DNA of 64,000 nucleotides from NCBI GenBank assembly GCA_003427395.1, contig BFEA01000038.1, positions 364,012 to 428,011 of the forward strand. Direction: 5' to 3'. Both the position numbers and the translations under genes were made by a program. Positions 1 to 13,313 of this stretch are shown here, piece after piece; within the stretch, counting starts at the first letter, position 1; each line of letters begins with the position of its first letter. Under the pieces are notes generated by a model. The model saw only the letters and a list, made by a program, of their open reading frames with translations. It did not search any database and was not told the origin of the DNA. This stretch comes from Chara braunii. Its lineage: Eukaryota; Plantae; Charophyceae.

Positions 1-31
1 CCTTACGCCACGCGAAACACCCAAACGTAGG

Positions 32-36
<5 letters not shown>

Positions 37-72
<36 letters not shown>
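37..72. repeat. (TA)n microsatellite
   Basis: Direct read of an uninterrupted TA run. Confidence 0.95.
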
Positions 73-76
<4 letters not shown>

Positions 77-760
77 AGGGGGATAAATATGTGACGATCA
101 CTTCTCACAGTCACAGTGAGACTCCTCTCAATTATATATATGTATGTGATCGCAGACTGTCAAATCCAAAATCCGAACCACAAAACATACCTGCAATCAC
201 ATCAAAGAGTCAACAGAAGCCCACGCACTATACAAGGTCAACTTCAATCATTCTCTATGCTCATACCCCTCGCTTTAGCCATGCAACCCCCAACCTTTGT
301 TCAACCTTCCATAATTAAATACTCATTACCTTTGTTAAATGACCATTCAATAAAAGTCCCGGTGAAAACCTTAATAAAACAATAGAAAACACCAGAGTTA
401 AAGTCATTTTAGGTTGAGTATTGATGATGAATTGGAGTTGAGTCGTAGACCGACGAATCGGTAACCGACCTGTTATTAATGATAACAGAAGATGATCCTT
501 GTGGGATCAAGCTGAATCTATTGCAGATCCTATACCAAACAATCAAGAGGACCTGTAACATAGCACATACCAATACCCAAGCTAAATTCATAAGTGTACG
601 GAGAATAAAACTCCATAACACATTTTCACCCAAGGTCCTCCTACGAGCTAAGCCTAGGCCTACCTCTAAGCCAATACCCAATGGAAGGTAGACCTATGAC
701 CGCAACATCTCCCCTATTTAGGGTGGATCGCCAGAAATGTTACCTGTCAAAATATAATCT

Positions 761-1320
761 AACTCCTTTAAACTAAGAAAATTTCAGCATCGCTTCCCGT
801 AGGAAAAGTGCATGATCAGAATTTATACTAACTCAAATATGAAAACAAAAACAATCTCTAATTATGAAAAATTAAATTTTGTTCAACTCCCTTAATTAGT
901 AAAAAATTGGGCAATACTCTCTTTAGAAAAGAAAACTTTCCAGATTTTTACTAAATCCGATATGAACCCAGAGCAAAACCTGAGTTCGGTTTAGACCAAA
1001 TTTAACTAACTCCTTACATTTATAAAAAAGTCGGCAGCACGCCCTTCACAAAAGTGTTAATCCAAGATTTATATAAAGCTAAGTTCAAAATCTAAAGTGA
1101 TTTTGATTTCTCAAAGTCCAATTTTGTCTAACTCCCTGAATTAACAAAAATTTGGGCAACACTCCTTTTAGAAAAGGAGGTTTTTGAAATTTTTACTAAA
1201 CCATTGTCAGACAAACGGAACTTGAAAAAAACAAAATTTGACCAACTCCTTGATTTTGTAGAAAGTTCGGCAGCGCTTCCCATAGAGAAAGTAACTTACC
1301 AAGATTTATACAAGACCAAG
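761..1320. repeat. Diverged ~120-bp tandem array with alternating A/B subunits
   Basis: AACTCC-led units start near 761, 885, 1008, 1130 and 1244. Units 1/3/5 share (G/C)GCAGC/CAGCAT...AAAGT...ATTTATA; units 2/4 share TTGGGCAAYACTC...TTTAGAAAAG...ATTTTTACTAAA. Confidence 0.7.
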
Positions 1321-1605
1321 TATAATAAATGGTCCCAGAAAACGCAGAAATCGACCTAAGTAAAATAAACTTTGTTCAGAAAATACAAAAACTGAAATTA
1401 ACTCCTATGGTTCTAGCACGTGGCGAGCATCTAAAGCAACTACCTGTCAACTGAAACTCAGACCAAATAGTAATCTCACTTAGCTACATGCAAGGCTAAA
1501 CCACAAAGGTAAGTACTCTCACCATCCCCAAGTCCACCTTATCAAACAATAATTCATAGTCTTTCAATGATGTATCCCTTTATATCCAGCTTACATAAGA
1601 CATAA

Positions 1606-2330
1606 AGTTAGACTACCAAAACTTATGGAACATGTCTAGCTCAGTCATTGAATATACACAAACACATGGCACAACAACTTTTCTTTTCTTTGGGCATATG
1701 ACTAGGCCACCCTAGTCGCCCTGAAGTGTTTAAGCATCCAGGTTTTATATAATTATATGCACTTAGTCTTTTAAGGTAGCATATGACTGAACCGATCATC
1801 TTTAACTCGAGATTCAGTCTGCCCCTTCGTACCACATATTTATTCTTAGTTAATAATCTCTTCAGTTTGTGATAAGCTATAGTCAGACCACCCAAACTTA
1901 TGGAACCCTGTCTGCCTAGCCTGTTCATAAGTAGGATAGTAATGAAATATAGCCAAGTTATAACCTTCTGGTTCCAGCATGTGCGTGGCATTGAACCAAG
2001 ACCACCCAAACTTATGGAACATGTCTGACTCTCTACCTGATTCATTTTTCTCAATGGTGAAGTAGGAAGAGGCTGAGCCACCCAAACTTATGGAACATGC
2101 TCATACCTCCTCGTTCAAGACAAAAAAAAACTGGGAAGATCCAAAATAAACACGGCAACCAAGCCATCCAAACTTATGAGACAGTGGTTGGTTCCTAAAA
2201 AGTCAATTCACAAACAACCCTCGCAAGTCAGAGCAACCAGACTACCCAAACTTATGAAACATGTCTGGTTCTCCAAGCAACTAAAACATAAAGATAGCAC
2301 CGGGCCTCCCCAAACTTATGGATACTTGCC
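1606..2330. repeat. Array of seven stem-loop motifs with conserved core YACCCAAACTTATGGAACAT and unique spacers
   Basis: Copies near 1606, 1880, 1999, 2068, 2157, 2231 and 2303. Each core is enclosed by a different inverted repeat, e.g. AGTTAGAC/GTCTAGCT, TGAGC/GCTCA, AACCAGAC/GTCTGGTT. Confidence 0.85.
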
Positions 2331-5300
2331 CAACCTTTAGTAGACCCAGTCAGACGAGCAATACTGCCATCCCCTCATCCTTCCCCCAGATGCAATCCCG
2401 CAATCTGCTTTCAGTCAGACAATAAAACTGAAACTGACATTACACATGCATTCCTTTACTTAAGTCTGAATCTTGTCCTGAAAGTTAAACCAAAAGTCAA
2501 CGTAGGGATGCATACAGTATACTCAGTCAACCATAAAAAAAAGTATAGATAGAGGTTATATTAGGTCCATAAAAAGAAACCAATGGTTACCTTTCAGTTC
2601 CCTGCCTCTAGAACTCCTCCTGAGTTCCGACAGAGCTTCCGCAATCGATGAGCGGACTCCCCACAAAGTCTTGTTGCTGTCTTACGGGTTGCAATCCCGC
2701 CTGCCGCCTTGCCCTCAGAACAAGGACTGGACTTAGAGTAAGAAGGAGAAAAATAGGGGTTTTAGACTCTCGAGATACAAAAGGGGGACAAACTCAACTC
2801 CCAGGAGAGGGCCTTGTTATCTTCCATCACCTGAGGACCCCGCAATGGTAGCCAAAATGTGCAACAACTTGATCAAAAAAAAGTCAAACAGTCGGGCGTC
2901 GACCTCTCTGACGGACTTCCGACTCGCAGTAATAATCCTTAGTTTCGCAACTCAACCATCCCTTCCCCGACTCATGATTCCAAATTCATTAATCATGCAA
3001 GAGCCTGCTACCTCACGACCTGCCTCCAACTAGCTCTGTTGACAAAGTGAGTTGTATTTCGACCAGCCGTTAAGTCTACATCCCCTGCGGCTGTTCCTAC
3101 CCCCCCCTCCTTTTCGGCAGACCGACAGTGCGTCAACTAGTGGGCGAGCGTACAACTTTGCAGGTCCGTCCCTTGCTGCTCCAAACAATGAATATAGCAA
3201 TATAGCAGCTCACAGTTAGCGGCCCTCCAGCCAAGCTGTACGTAGGCATACCACACCCAACATGCCTGTATGCCGCTTAGGAAGACTACGCTCAAATAAC
3301 ACATTCCCTTCTTCTGTCGCCAAATGTGTCTCCTTGAGAATGAATCTTCCACTGAAATCCATATAAATTCACTGTTGTTTCAACATTACTTCCCGCCATT
3401 CACATCCCTTGCGACTTTATACCACCTAATTGATTGCTCCGATAAGGCAAGGTGCGGGCTCACTTCACAATCCAACACGGCCTGCCTCGTCCGCTCCTCG
3501 CTTAAGGATCAAAATCGTGAGATATCCACGCTCCCTGATCAATGGCATGCTCATCCAGGTAAGCTTTTCTCTACCTTTCTCTCTTGAGAACGTACATGGT
3601 CCTTGGTGCGGAGAGACTCGTTCGAAGCCAACAAGGGATCACAGCAAGGAGAGGACCGCGAAGCAGCACGAGGGAATGGGATGGCGAGCATGGCGAAGAT
3701 TAGCATTGTCTTCAATGGCAACGAGCATAGACTCGGAGTTGAGCGCGACAATGAGAACTTCGACCACTGTCACAGGCTGTGCCGAAATCATAATGAGCGT
3801 CAGGTGGTGGACCGCCAACAGAGCCACGACCCCTCTCAGTCTGATAACTATAACGTGAGTACACGAAGGAAGGGTTATCGATCTCACTCCGTTATTCATC
3901 AAACGCACAAAATGAGTATGAATCTTCCCTTAGACATGGGAAGATGAATCGCCATATCTAAACGTTTCATAATGACCGCGCAACATCTACAACTTCAATT
4001 GAGCAAACCACTTCTCAGATTGCAATTCTGACGCGGCCAATCAGATTAGAATGGTATGAAACCCCCATTTTGCAACCTTGTTCGTACAAAATGGTCGAGG
4101 AAATGGCCAAGTAAAAGAAATTTTGCTCCCGTTTCCTCCTTTTCTTTCCTCCTCGACCTCTTTCGCTCACATCTTTTATCTCCCATCTCCTATTCTACAT
4201 CTCTAACACCAAAACTAACCTCGTAATCGTACTCGCCCACGTCTAAAACCTCAATTTATCACCTTACCTCGCTCGATTCTATGGAGAATCGAGTGGTATA
4301 TCGATTTTTCATTCCGCCATATCCCTCCTTCATATGACCTCCGCGCAACTTCGTTTATAATTGTTCTCACATAACTCCAACTTCTACTGACTTTCTCCTA
4401 ATTCTGACTTTAAAAACGGGGATCGCCCACCATCAAAACCCCAATTTCTCACCTTCTCTTACTCGATTCCGATGTGAATCGAGCGAGCCATGGCTATTTG
4501 GCTGCGCCCAACCTGTCACCCCGCCATTTCTGTCTCCTCCGAATGCACCCGGTGCAACTTTGCGTCCGGGATCATTCCCTTCACTCGCCTTCTTCCTTAT
4601 TGCTCGTTACTTCCTCCCTGATCCTCGGGATCCGCCCCTATCCTGTCCTTCCTTTTTCTCCATCCCTTTCATCTCTCTTATCTTACTTCTTCCTTTCTAC
4701 CTCCGTCGCTCCTGGCTTAACGTTCATCGCCCCTCTGCCTACACCAGCTCAGTCTGCACCCGACGTGATTCTCCGTCGTGTTCCTTCCTTTCTCCATGCC
4801 CCCCTCCGCCTAGTGCTAGCGCCTGCTGTCCCCTCTTACTCCCTTCACTGTCGGTCCGCCGGTGCCTTAACGTAGTGGCCTCCTCTGCTGCTCCGACCAG
4901 CCCTGCAGGAAAACTCTGGGGAGAGATCAGCTGCCGGCTGGTCCGATAATCCTATTGCCCCTGTAGTCAAATCCGACAGCCGATTCGCATGTCGGCACCG
5001 CTTCGTGCCTCAGTCACAACGCCTCCTGCCCATATCAGTGCCAGACTACGACATAACCCAGGCATCACCCGGGGTGTCTGTTGATATCGACTGCAGGTCG
5101 GTGGTCATGTGAAGTTGAGGCCTGCTAAAGAGTGTACACCCGCTTGCCGAACCCGCTAGCTCCAACCACGGGTGGCACTGAGCCTGCGACCTATGTACCG
5201 CCGATGTGACCACCCTGAAAACAGTGGAAAGGCACTAGCCTACTCAACCTACAACATGGGCCTGGGTGGGACATGCCGGGTGCAGATCGTGCAGAGGGAT

Positions 5301-5810
5301 TTCATGCAGACTGGCCCCGCAGCCCATATCGTCGTGGGCCTCTCGACATCGTTCAGGCCCATTGTGCCTAGATGCGGCCCTGCCTGTCGGGTCCTACGGG
5401 CACGCCTACACTCAAACCTCCCAAAACAGATCACGGTTGGCGGACGGTGCACCCACGACAACCCCCGCTACTCAGGTTTCTTCTGCTTCGTGGGCTAACC
5501 ACCCACCGACTTGCATGCACGCCGAACTCATTGGCCTGTATCTTCAAGATGGACCGGATAAAGGAACTTCGTCAGTACCCTGTCAAGGAACGTCGGAGCA
5601 AAATAATCATAATACAACAATAAATAATAAAATATTTAGAAATTCTAACCGTCAAAACATAACGAGCGAGGAAAAAGAAAATGCTAGCACCACCCTGACG
5701 CTGCTGACCGCAAAACCAAGGGGGGATAGCCCCACAGAACCCTCAACCCTTTTGCCCCTTTGATCTCGATCCTTGAATCTCTCTGATGGAAGTCCGACAC
5801 CGTAACCAAG

Positions 5811-6191
5811 TGTTAAACCCAAGGCTGGGTCTAGTTTTGACGGACGCCTAAATAAAACGGATTCCGCGCTATGCGCAGATCTACCAAAACGTTCTCAAAC
5901 TCACATGGTTATTGATGCAATCCTCCGCACGTACGCACAAGTCACAAGCAAGTGCTTCAATCAGGAGACAAAATATTTTCAATCCTAGTTTAATCAGAAA
6001 AAAAATCTTGGTTGGCAGCCAACGCCGACTTTATAATCATCAAAGGAAGAGAGATCACACTCGCGTCTTAAGTCTGCGCGCCCACGCACTCTCTGCTCTA
6101 GTCAACATTTAGTCAACGTAAACCACATACTCAGTCGCGACTCGTGCGGTATATTCAAACTTTAAACCAAACTTATTTTCCGCTACTTACA
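5811..6191 (-). repeat. Possible LTR of a further retroelement whose internal region runs leftwards
   Basis: TGTTAA...TTACA boundaries, with a TGG-initiated PBS-like string (TGGTTACGG on - strand, ending at 5808) 2 nt inside. No partner LTR in the window. Confidence 0.3.
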
Positions 6192-6229
6192 AAAAGCAGG
6201 GTGGATACCCTTGTAAGAGTGTTCGCACC

Positions 6230-7661
6230 GACACCGCCAAAATGGTGGCGCATCACTCGTCCGCTTGACGGACATTGCCTTGTGTGATGGTATAGGGATA
6301 CTCGTGTTTCGGGCGACAGTCTGCCACCCTCATGCTCCAGCTCATGGGCGTCCCACCTGACCAGTCACAAGCGGTTAACGGGTAGCTGAAAATTCAGGAA
6401 TGAAAATTCTGAAGTGAGAGTCTTGGGCAGTTTGAAAATCCCGAATGGTCCTGGAGTGGTAAGAGGTCCAAAGACCCTGAAAACCACCTGTTTAGGCATG
6501 CTGCATCCTGAAGTGGTGAAGGGTGTCATGAAGTGGTGAAAGGTCCGAAGACCCTGAAAACCACTTGTTTAGGCAGGCTGCATCCTGAAGTGGTGAAGGG
6601 TGTCCTGAAGTGGTGAAAGGTCCGAAGACCCTGAAAACCACTTGTTTAGGCAGGCTGCATCCTGAAGTGGTGAAGGGTGTTTTGAAGTGGTGATGAAAAA
6701 TACGACTGTTGTTAACCTTCTCTCTGACCAGTGGATGACTCACCTCTCCACAAGCCTGTGTGGCGGTCCTTTCGATATTTGGGAGGATTTCTACACTCAC
6801 TCCCTTCGTGAGCGTCGAACCCCGACCTTCATGGATTTCCAGGCGTTCCTTGAGAATCGCTTCGAAGCCCGACACGACGTGGCTGACGCCTTCGAGCATG
6901 TCGTCAGTACATGCTGGTCCGGCTCTGGTGGCGCTGCCGGTCTAGACCGCTACATCCATGTCTTTCAGGACGCCCGCCTCATTTGCGATGTGGCGTTCCT
7001 CCCCGAGGCTACCCTCATCGATCGCTTCTTGGTCAGCCTACCCCTTGAGTACCGCTCTGAGTTACGGTGGTATGACTTCACATCGTCCCTGCAGGCTTAC
7101 GAGGCCGCCAGGGCTCATCAGCGGATGCAGGCCCATCTTCAGCCCACTTCCTCCTCCCAACCTCAGCGTACTGGTTACGCTCCCTCCTTCTCTCATGACA
7201 CTTCCCAGCGCCGTTCCCCTTTCCACGGTCGTCCCCGCCGTTCCGCGCAGCAGGACCGCCACTTTTCGAGCCGCTTCAACTCGCTCGAGTATGGTGAGCA
7301 GGACGCTGTTGCCCCTTTGTCGCCCGAGGGTGACCACCGCGACGACCTCCACCTCTGCGAGGCCGTCCACTACCACCTGGAGGACTCTACCCTACCTATA
7401 GCCGAACGCCTCCAGCTTGCTATCTCCACCCTCTCTCGGGCGCGCAACCGCTCTGGTCTCGCTGGCATGTCACCCCCCGAGGTCCCTCAGCAGGACCTTC
7501 CTCAGGGCTTTGTCCCTCCTCACGGTGCCCTTTCCATTGAGGAGCGTGCAACCATTTTGGGTCGGCGTGGGTGTTTGCGCTGCTGCCAAGATGTTCATAC
7601 CTCCTCGCGGTGCCCTTGCACCATCGCCCGCGACCGCCACTATATTGAGCTTTCCTGCTAG
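6230..7661 (+). pseudogene. gag: gag of element A, interrupted by an insertion at 6366-6724
   Basis: ORF 6687-7661 has retrotransposon-gag-like FQAFLENRF...LIDRFLVSLPLEYRSEL and a zinc knuckle CLRCCQDVHTSSRC (CX2CX4HX4C). Its apparent start codon lies inside the inserted element. Confidence 0.85.
6366..6724 (+). mobile_element. Non-autonomous transposon, family X copy 1 (359 bp), 8-bp TSD TGACCAGT
   Basis: Ends CACAAGCGGTTAAC...GTTAACCTTCTCTC. TSD at 6358-6365 and 6725-6732. The empty site is seen in element B near 35110. Internal 77-bp minisatellite built on TCCTGAAGTGGTGAA. Confidence 0.9.
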
Positions 7662-8039
7662 CGTCGTGCTCAGTCCCCCCCCGACGCCTCCTAGCCATGA
7701 TGAAGTGTACACCTGCGCCCTCCTCAGTAGTCAACTTCCCGACATCTCCGTCGCAGTGGTCCCCTCTCGCTACTGGAGTTGAGGTATCGCAGGACCCGAC
7801 AAAGTGGACTCAACTCTCTGTTGCAGTATCGTCTGCGCCTCTGCAGACCACCGTCTCCCCTCCTACCTCTCCTCGACTACCGACGCGTTGAGCCATTCGC
7901 TCATCTCATTGCATGGATCAACTTGCGACTCACGAGAACGTTGTCTCCTCCCTTCTGGACTTGAGCATGCTCAAGACTCGTCAGGAGCGACTCACCCTCC
8001 ATGTCGCTGCACTGTGTCGCCTTCTCGCCATCCTCTCTG

Positions 8040-11000
8040 ACCTTGATCGTACCCTCCCGATCATTCCAGTACGACTTGGGACCTCCACGAGGGTGTGCTT
8101 AGCGTTGTGGGATTCTGGTTCTCAGGGCGATTTCATTCACCTACGTGTGGTGAAGGAAACACGCTTACCCACGACAGGGTCTCCGACTCCCGTCTCTGTC
8201 ACCCTCAGAGATGACAAGACCCAACGCTTCTTCGATCATACGGTCACTGACCTCCCTTTCTTCCTCACTCTGGAGGCGACTGATCGTCCCCCGACGTCGC
8301 GTCGTCACCGTTTCTCTACACATTTCGATGTGATGGAGACGGGGTACGATTTCATTCTTGGTACTCCGTGGTCTCGTAGGTTTCGTAGCACCGAGGCCGA
8401 TTGGGCGACTATTACTCTCGTTCTTAGAACAAAGTGTGGACAAACGTATCGCGTACCTTTTATAGGCGCCACTGCGACACCACACCCCGATCCTCCTCCC
8501 TCGGAGCCTCCGTGCCCACACCATCTCCCAATATCACCGTCACCTCGCCTCGGCAGTTTGCCCACTTCATCCGACAGGACGACTTCACCTTCTTTACGGT
8601 GAACGTTATGGATTTCTTACACTATGATCCACCCTGTCCAGACGCCGAGCTCATCTCCCTGGAGCCAGATCCTCCTTCTATCTCCATGGCTTCCATCTCT
8701 ACTTCCCTCTCTCCGCCGTCCGTCGAGTCCACCCGTCGTCACGAGCTGATGCCGATGCTGAGGAACTCGCACTCTATACGACCGACCTGGAGCCCGCAGT
8801 TCATGACCTCATTCGAGAGTACCACGACATTTTTCCATCATCGTTCTCGTATGCCGGCATGCCACCGATGCGAAATGTCGAGCATTCCATCAAGCTTGTG
8901 CCTGACTATCGTGTTCACCACCAGACACCCTACAGATTCTCGATCCCCGAGGCCACCGAACTCAAGCGTCAGCTTGAAGAGCTCAAGAGACTGGGTTTCA
9001 TTAAACCCAGCAACTCTCCATGGGGTGCACACATCCTCTTCGCTCGCAAAGCGGATGAAACTCTTTGTCTCTGCATCGATTATCGCGGTCTCAACCGCTA
9101 CACTGTTAAGAATAGCTACCTCATACCTCGTTCTGACGAGTTGTTCGACCACCTTGTAGACAACCTCTTCTTTATGAAGATTGATCTTCATAGCGGTTAC
9201 CATCAGATCCACGTCGCTGCAGCGGACCAATTGAAGACAGCGTTCCTATCTCGCTTCGTCCACTATGAGTTTACGGTGATGCCATTTGACCTTACCAACG
9301 CACCCGCTACCTTCGAGACGGCGATGAACGACATCTTGGAGCAATACGTTTTCGTCTACCGCGACCATATCCTGATTCACATTCGTACCCTTGAGGAGCA
9401 TCTCAGACACTTCCGCGACGTCCTTGACTGCTTGCGCAGACATGACTTCTACGCCAAGCTAAGCAAGTGCCGCTTTGCCCAGCTCAAAGTGGATTTCTTA
9501 TGACACTATGTGTATGACTAGGATCTCCACATGAACGACGTGAAGATCACTGTTGTTGCGAAGTGGCCCGTCCCTACATCCGCTAGTTCCTTAGGCCTCG
9601 CTAGTTACTATAGTAATTTCATCCACTACGTATTCCTACATCCTTACCTCTACCTTCCTTCGGAAGAACCAGCTATGGGTTTGGACACCCTTCCACGAGG
9701 ACGCCTTACACGCCCTCAAGAAGGCGGTGACATGTGCACCGGTTCTCCACCTACCCGATTTTGATCGCCCTTTTATCCTTACCACCGATGCGTCAGACTT
9801 TGTTGTAGGAGCAATGCTTTCTCAAATTTTCCCCACCTCTCCTGATTCCCCTCATCCTCGCATCCCTCACTTCCCACCCCTTACCCCTACCACTGCTTCC
9901 GGCCTGACGCCTACTCGTGCAGTTACTGACGAGCCTTTGACTATTCTCCTACCATCATCGAGGACGGCAATGTCGAGTCTCGTTCAAGTGATTGTCCGAT
10001 AGCCTTCTACTCCCGTCAGCTCCTGCCCGCCGAGATAAACTACACTCCTGATGAACGTGAGGTTCTCACACTAGTTTATGTCACTCGGCATTGGCGTCAT
10101 TACCTGCACGGGGCACCATTCACGGTGCGCACGGACAACTCTGTTGTCCAGACTTTTCTGACAAAGTCGAAGCTCATTCCTCGATAGGCTCGTTGATGGC
10201 ATGACCTATCCGAGTTTAGTTTCACCACTGAGCACATCTAGGGTGAGACCAACCGGGTCACGGATGCCTTATGCGGCGCCCTGACCATAATCTGGAGCAA
10301 ATCCAGCTTGCTGTCATCTCGGTCACTACCATCCACCACTCGGTGACCGACGAGTTTCGCACTCATTACCGCCACTTCCCGACTATCGAGATATCCATGC
10401 GACCCTTCGAAGTGGCAAGACTGTCCCAAACTACACTCTCGGGGACAACGGTCTTGTGTACTGGCACGGTTTACAGGGCACCAGAGAGCCCCACATTTGT
10501 GTTCTCTCCACTGGACAGCTGTGTGTCTGGGTAGTGGCAGAGTTTCATGACCAGGCAGCCGTCGATCATATGGGCTTCCACAAGATGTTGGCTTGTGTGA
10601 ACTGCCTGTACGTCTGGCCGAAGCGCAAGGACTTTCTGAAGGACTACGTCACAGAGTGTCCCACCTGTCAGGAGGTGAACAGTGCGAACCATCTACCTTG
10701 TGGTTTGCTCCAGCCTCTTCCTATTCTTGAGGGTCGTTGGCAGTCCATCTCGAGTCGTGTGTGAAGGACTTCATCGGTCCTCTTCGTCCTCCGACCCCCG
10801 CGGTCATGATGCTATACTGATCGTCGTTGACCGCTTCACGAAGTGCACACGCTTTGTTATGTGTCGCTATGCTATTAGTGCACGTGAGGTCGCCCACATC
10901 GTGTTTGATCGAGTCGTGTGTGACCACTACTTACCTCTGAGCATCATATCTGACCGTGACCCGCGCTTTACCAGTTGATTCTGGCAACGGCTCCACGAGG

Positions 11001-11880
11001 TGTGCGGCACCCAGCTCCGCTTCTCCTCGTCTTATCATCCCCAGACGGATCGTCAGACAGAGGTCACGAACAGGGCTCTCAGAGGTATTCTTCGAAAGAT
11101 TGTTCGTGAAGACCAACAGTAGGATCTCCATCTTGCCTATGCGGAGATAGCCTACAACCATGTCGTCTCGCTAGCCACGGGGAAGTCGCCCTATTATTGC
11201 GACCTTGGCTATCACCCTCGTGTCCCCGTGGACTTCCTTCGACCGTCACATACGCACCTCGACACGAGTTGTCCCGCGCTGGATGATTGGGTTGCACACA
11301 TGACGTCGATCATGAACACCGCGCATGAGCACAAAGCCGCTTCCAAGACTCGCATGGCCGCACGTGCGACCCGATCGAGGATGGATCACTCATTCAAAGT
11401 CGGTGATGATGTGTTTGTCGACACCCGCCACTTACAGCTCGAAGCGGACACGCTTCACAAGTTCCGACATCGCTTCTTTAGTCCATGCCGCATTCTCCAA
11501 GCCGTCGGTTCTGATACAACATCTAGCCCGGTCAGCTTTCGTGTGAAGATGCCCGACTACCTACACCAGACTCGTGTGCAGAATGTCTACCACATCTCGT
11601 TACTGCGTCCCTATCACAAACCGTCCGAGCATTTCGTTGGATGACCATACGAGCGCCCTCCATCCATCATGGTGGACGACCTCGAGGAGCTCCTCATTTC
11701 AGACATCATTGGTCGCCGAGTCACCAACGACAACCCTCCTCACGTCGAGTATCTCGTACGTTGGAAGGGTTACCTGATGAGGAGGCTACTTGGGAGTCCC
11801 TCGAGCACTTGCAGCACGCTCGTATGTTCGTGCATGCCTATGGCTGTGCTCGTCGTGCTGGGTTGACTGCTCCTCCTTAG
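8040..11880 (+). pseudogene. pol: pol of element A (protease, RT, RNase H, integrase, chromodomain), frameshifted
   Basis: LALWDSGSQGDFI (protease); [32 protein letters not shown], decayed YxDD as YRDH (RT); FILTTDASDF (RNase H); H..H..CPTC and IVVDRFTK, SDRDPRFTS (integrase); EYLVRWKGY (chromodomain). Confidence 0.95.
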
Positions 11881-12201
11881 CACACTGACCCTCTTCCTTC
11901 TCCCTCGACTGAGGAGACCACTGAAGTCGAGCCTGCCCCATCTGAGGTAGACCTTCAGCAGCAGGCAGATGCTTTTGAGCATCCACATCGCACTTGTCGT
12001 CGTCCTGCCCGATACGACGATTGACTCTGACTTATCTTCCCACGTCTTTGATTTCTCAGTACTCCATCCACTCCAGTTTTGCTACTTCAGCTCATCGACG
12101 TTGAGGCTCTTCCTTGACGACATTCTGGACTTCTCATCATGAACGTCATCGGTAGCTTCACGGCCTTCGTCACGATCAACTCTGCCTACTTAAGACGTCG
12201 C

Positions 12202-12555
12202 CACTCTCTTACCACCTTACCCTGTACAATACGCTGGTTGTGTCACATGATGGTCTTCCTTAGCCGGGTTCCACTAAGTTGGACTCTCCCTTGGTATACG
12301 CATAGGCATCGGGACGGTAGCGTTGCCCTGGCTTCCCAACTTACGGATCTAGCTCCGACCTCCCTCACTTTAGGAGTCACTCTCTTACCACCTTACCCTG
12401 TACAATACCCTGGTTGTGTCGCATGATGGTCTCCCTTAGCCGGGTTCCTCTAAGTTGGGCTCTCCTTTGGTATACGCATATGCATCGGAACCGTAGCGTT
12501 GCCCTGGCTTCCCAACTTACTGATCTAGCTCCGACTTCCCTCACTTTAGGAGTCA
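12202..12555 (+). repeat. 176-bp tandem duplication in the 3'UTR of element A
   Basis: CACTCTCTTACCACCTTACCCTGTACAATAC starts at 12202 and 12378. Element B carries a single copy (~28295-28474). Confidence 0.9.
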
Positions 12556-13313
12556 TTTGCATGATTCCCTTATACATTGTTTTCTATCCTCTGCCGGCCC
12601 TCCTGCCCTAGTTAGGCAGCCTTGCATGCTTCATCTAGGTGCGCCCAGTATACCAGGCTCCCTGTTTCCCGTGCATGGTCGGCCCTGCATAGCGGCCACC
12701 CCTTTAGTCGAGCATTACCCGCCCTGATGGTCTATCTGTTAGGGTCATTGGTTCTATTCGCTCCCAGTTCCCTACCCTCATTGAGATTGATGACATGTGT
12801 CTCCCTGCCATTATGTGTGGATGCTGTTAGGAGTTTATCGACCCCCAGGCTGCATTCGCCACCCTCAGAGACCATCCCACCTTGTGGTTTGCGACACACT
12901 CCTCCTGTGATATATGGTTGTCTTGTTGATGTTATGTTGCTCTCAGACAGAGGCCTCTGCCTCTCACATTTCTAGGATTTAGTTGTTTCTGCTTTTGCTG
13001 TTCTTAGGACTTATACACTAGTCAGTTGTTTCCAGACTGAGGCTACTGCCTCCAACATTCTAGGATTTAGTTGTCATTACTTTCTGCTTTCCTACGACAT
13101 GTATACTAGTTAGTTGCTTCTGCTTTCACTTAGGCTGTTAGCTGTGACATTGTTGTTTTTGTGATATTTTCTGTCCTAGGTTGCATCGCATGGACTCAGA
13201 ATGGAGCTTGCTCCGCATCCTAGACTACTTGGGTTTTCTTTTTCTTTGGTAGAGTTCCGCTTTTTGGTGGAAGCGTGCTTGTATCTAGGCGATCCATCAT
13301 AGGTCGAGGATCG

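Noticed and set aside
409-681. 90-aa ORF with a hydrophobic stretch as a membrane protein or env-like gene
   Set aside because: Short, no recognisable motif and no supporting gene structure.
1606-2330. CRISPR array
   Set aside because: Spacing is very irregular (about 70-270 bp), repeats vary in their flanks, there are no cas genes and the context is eukaryotic.
5560-5580. Minus-strand CTGACGA as another hammerhead core
   Set aside because: No correctly placed GAAA or compatible stems II/III found.
6420-6700. Coding repeats (TTSGCSLPKQVVF...) seen in several ORFs
   Set aside because: They are translations of the family X minisatellite in multiple frames and strands, not a protein.
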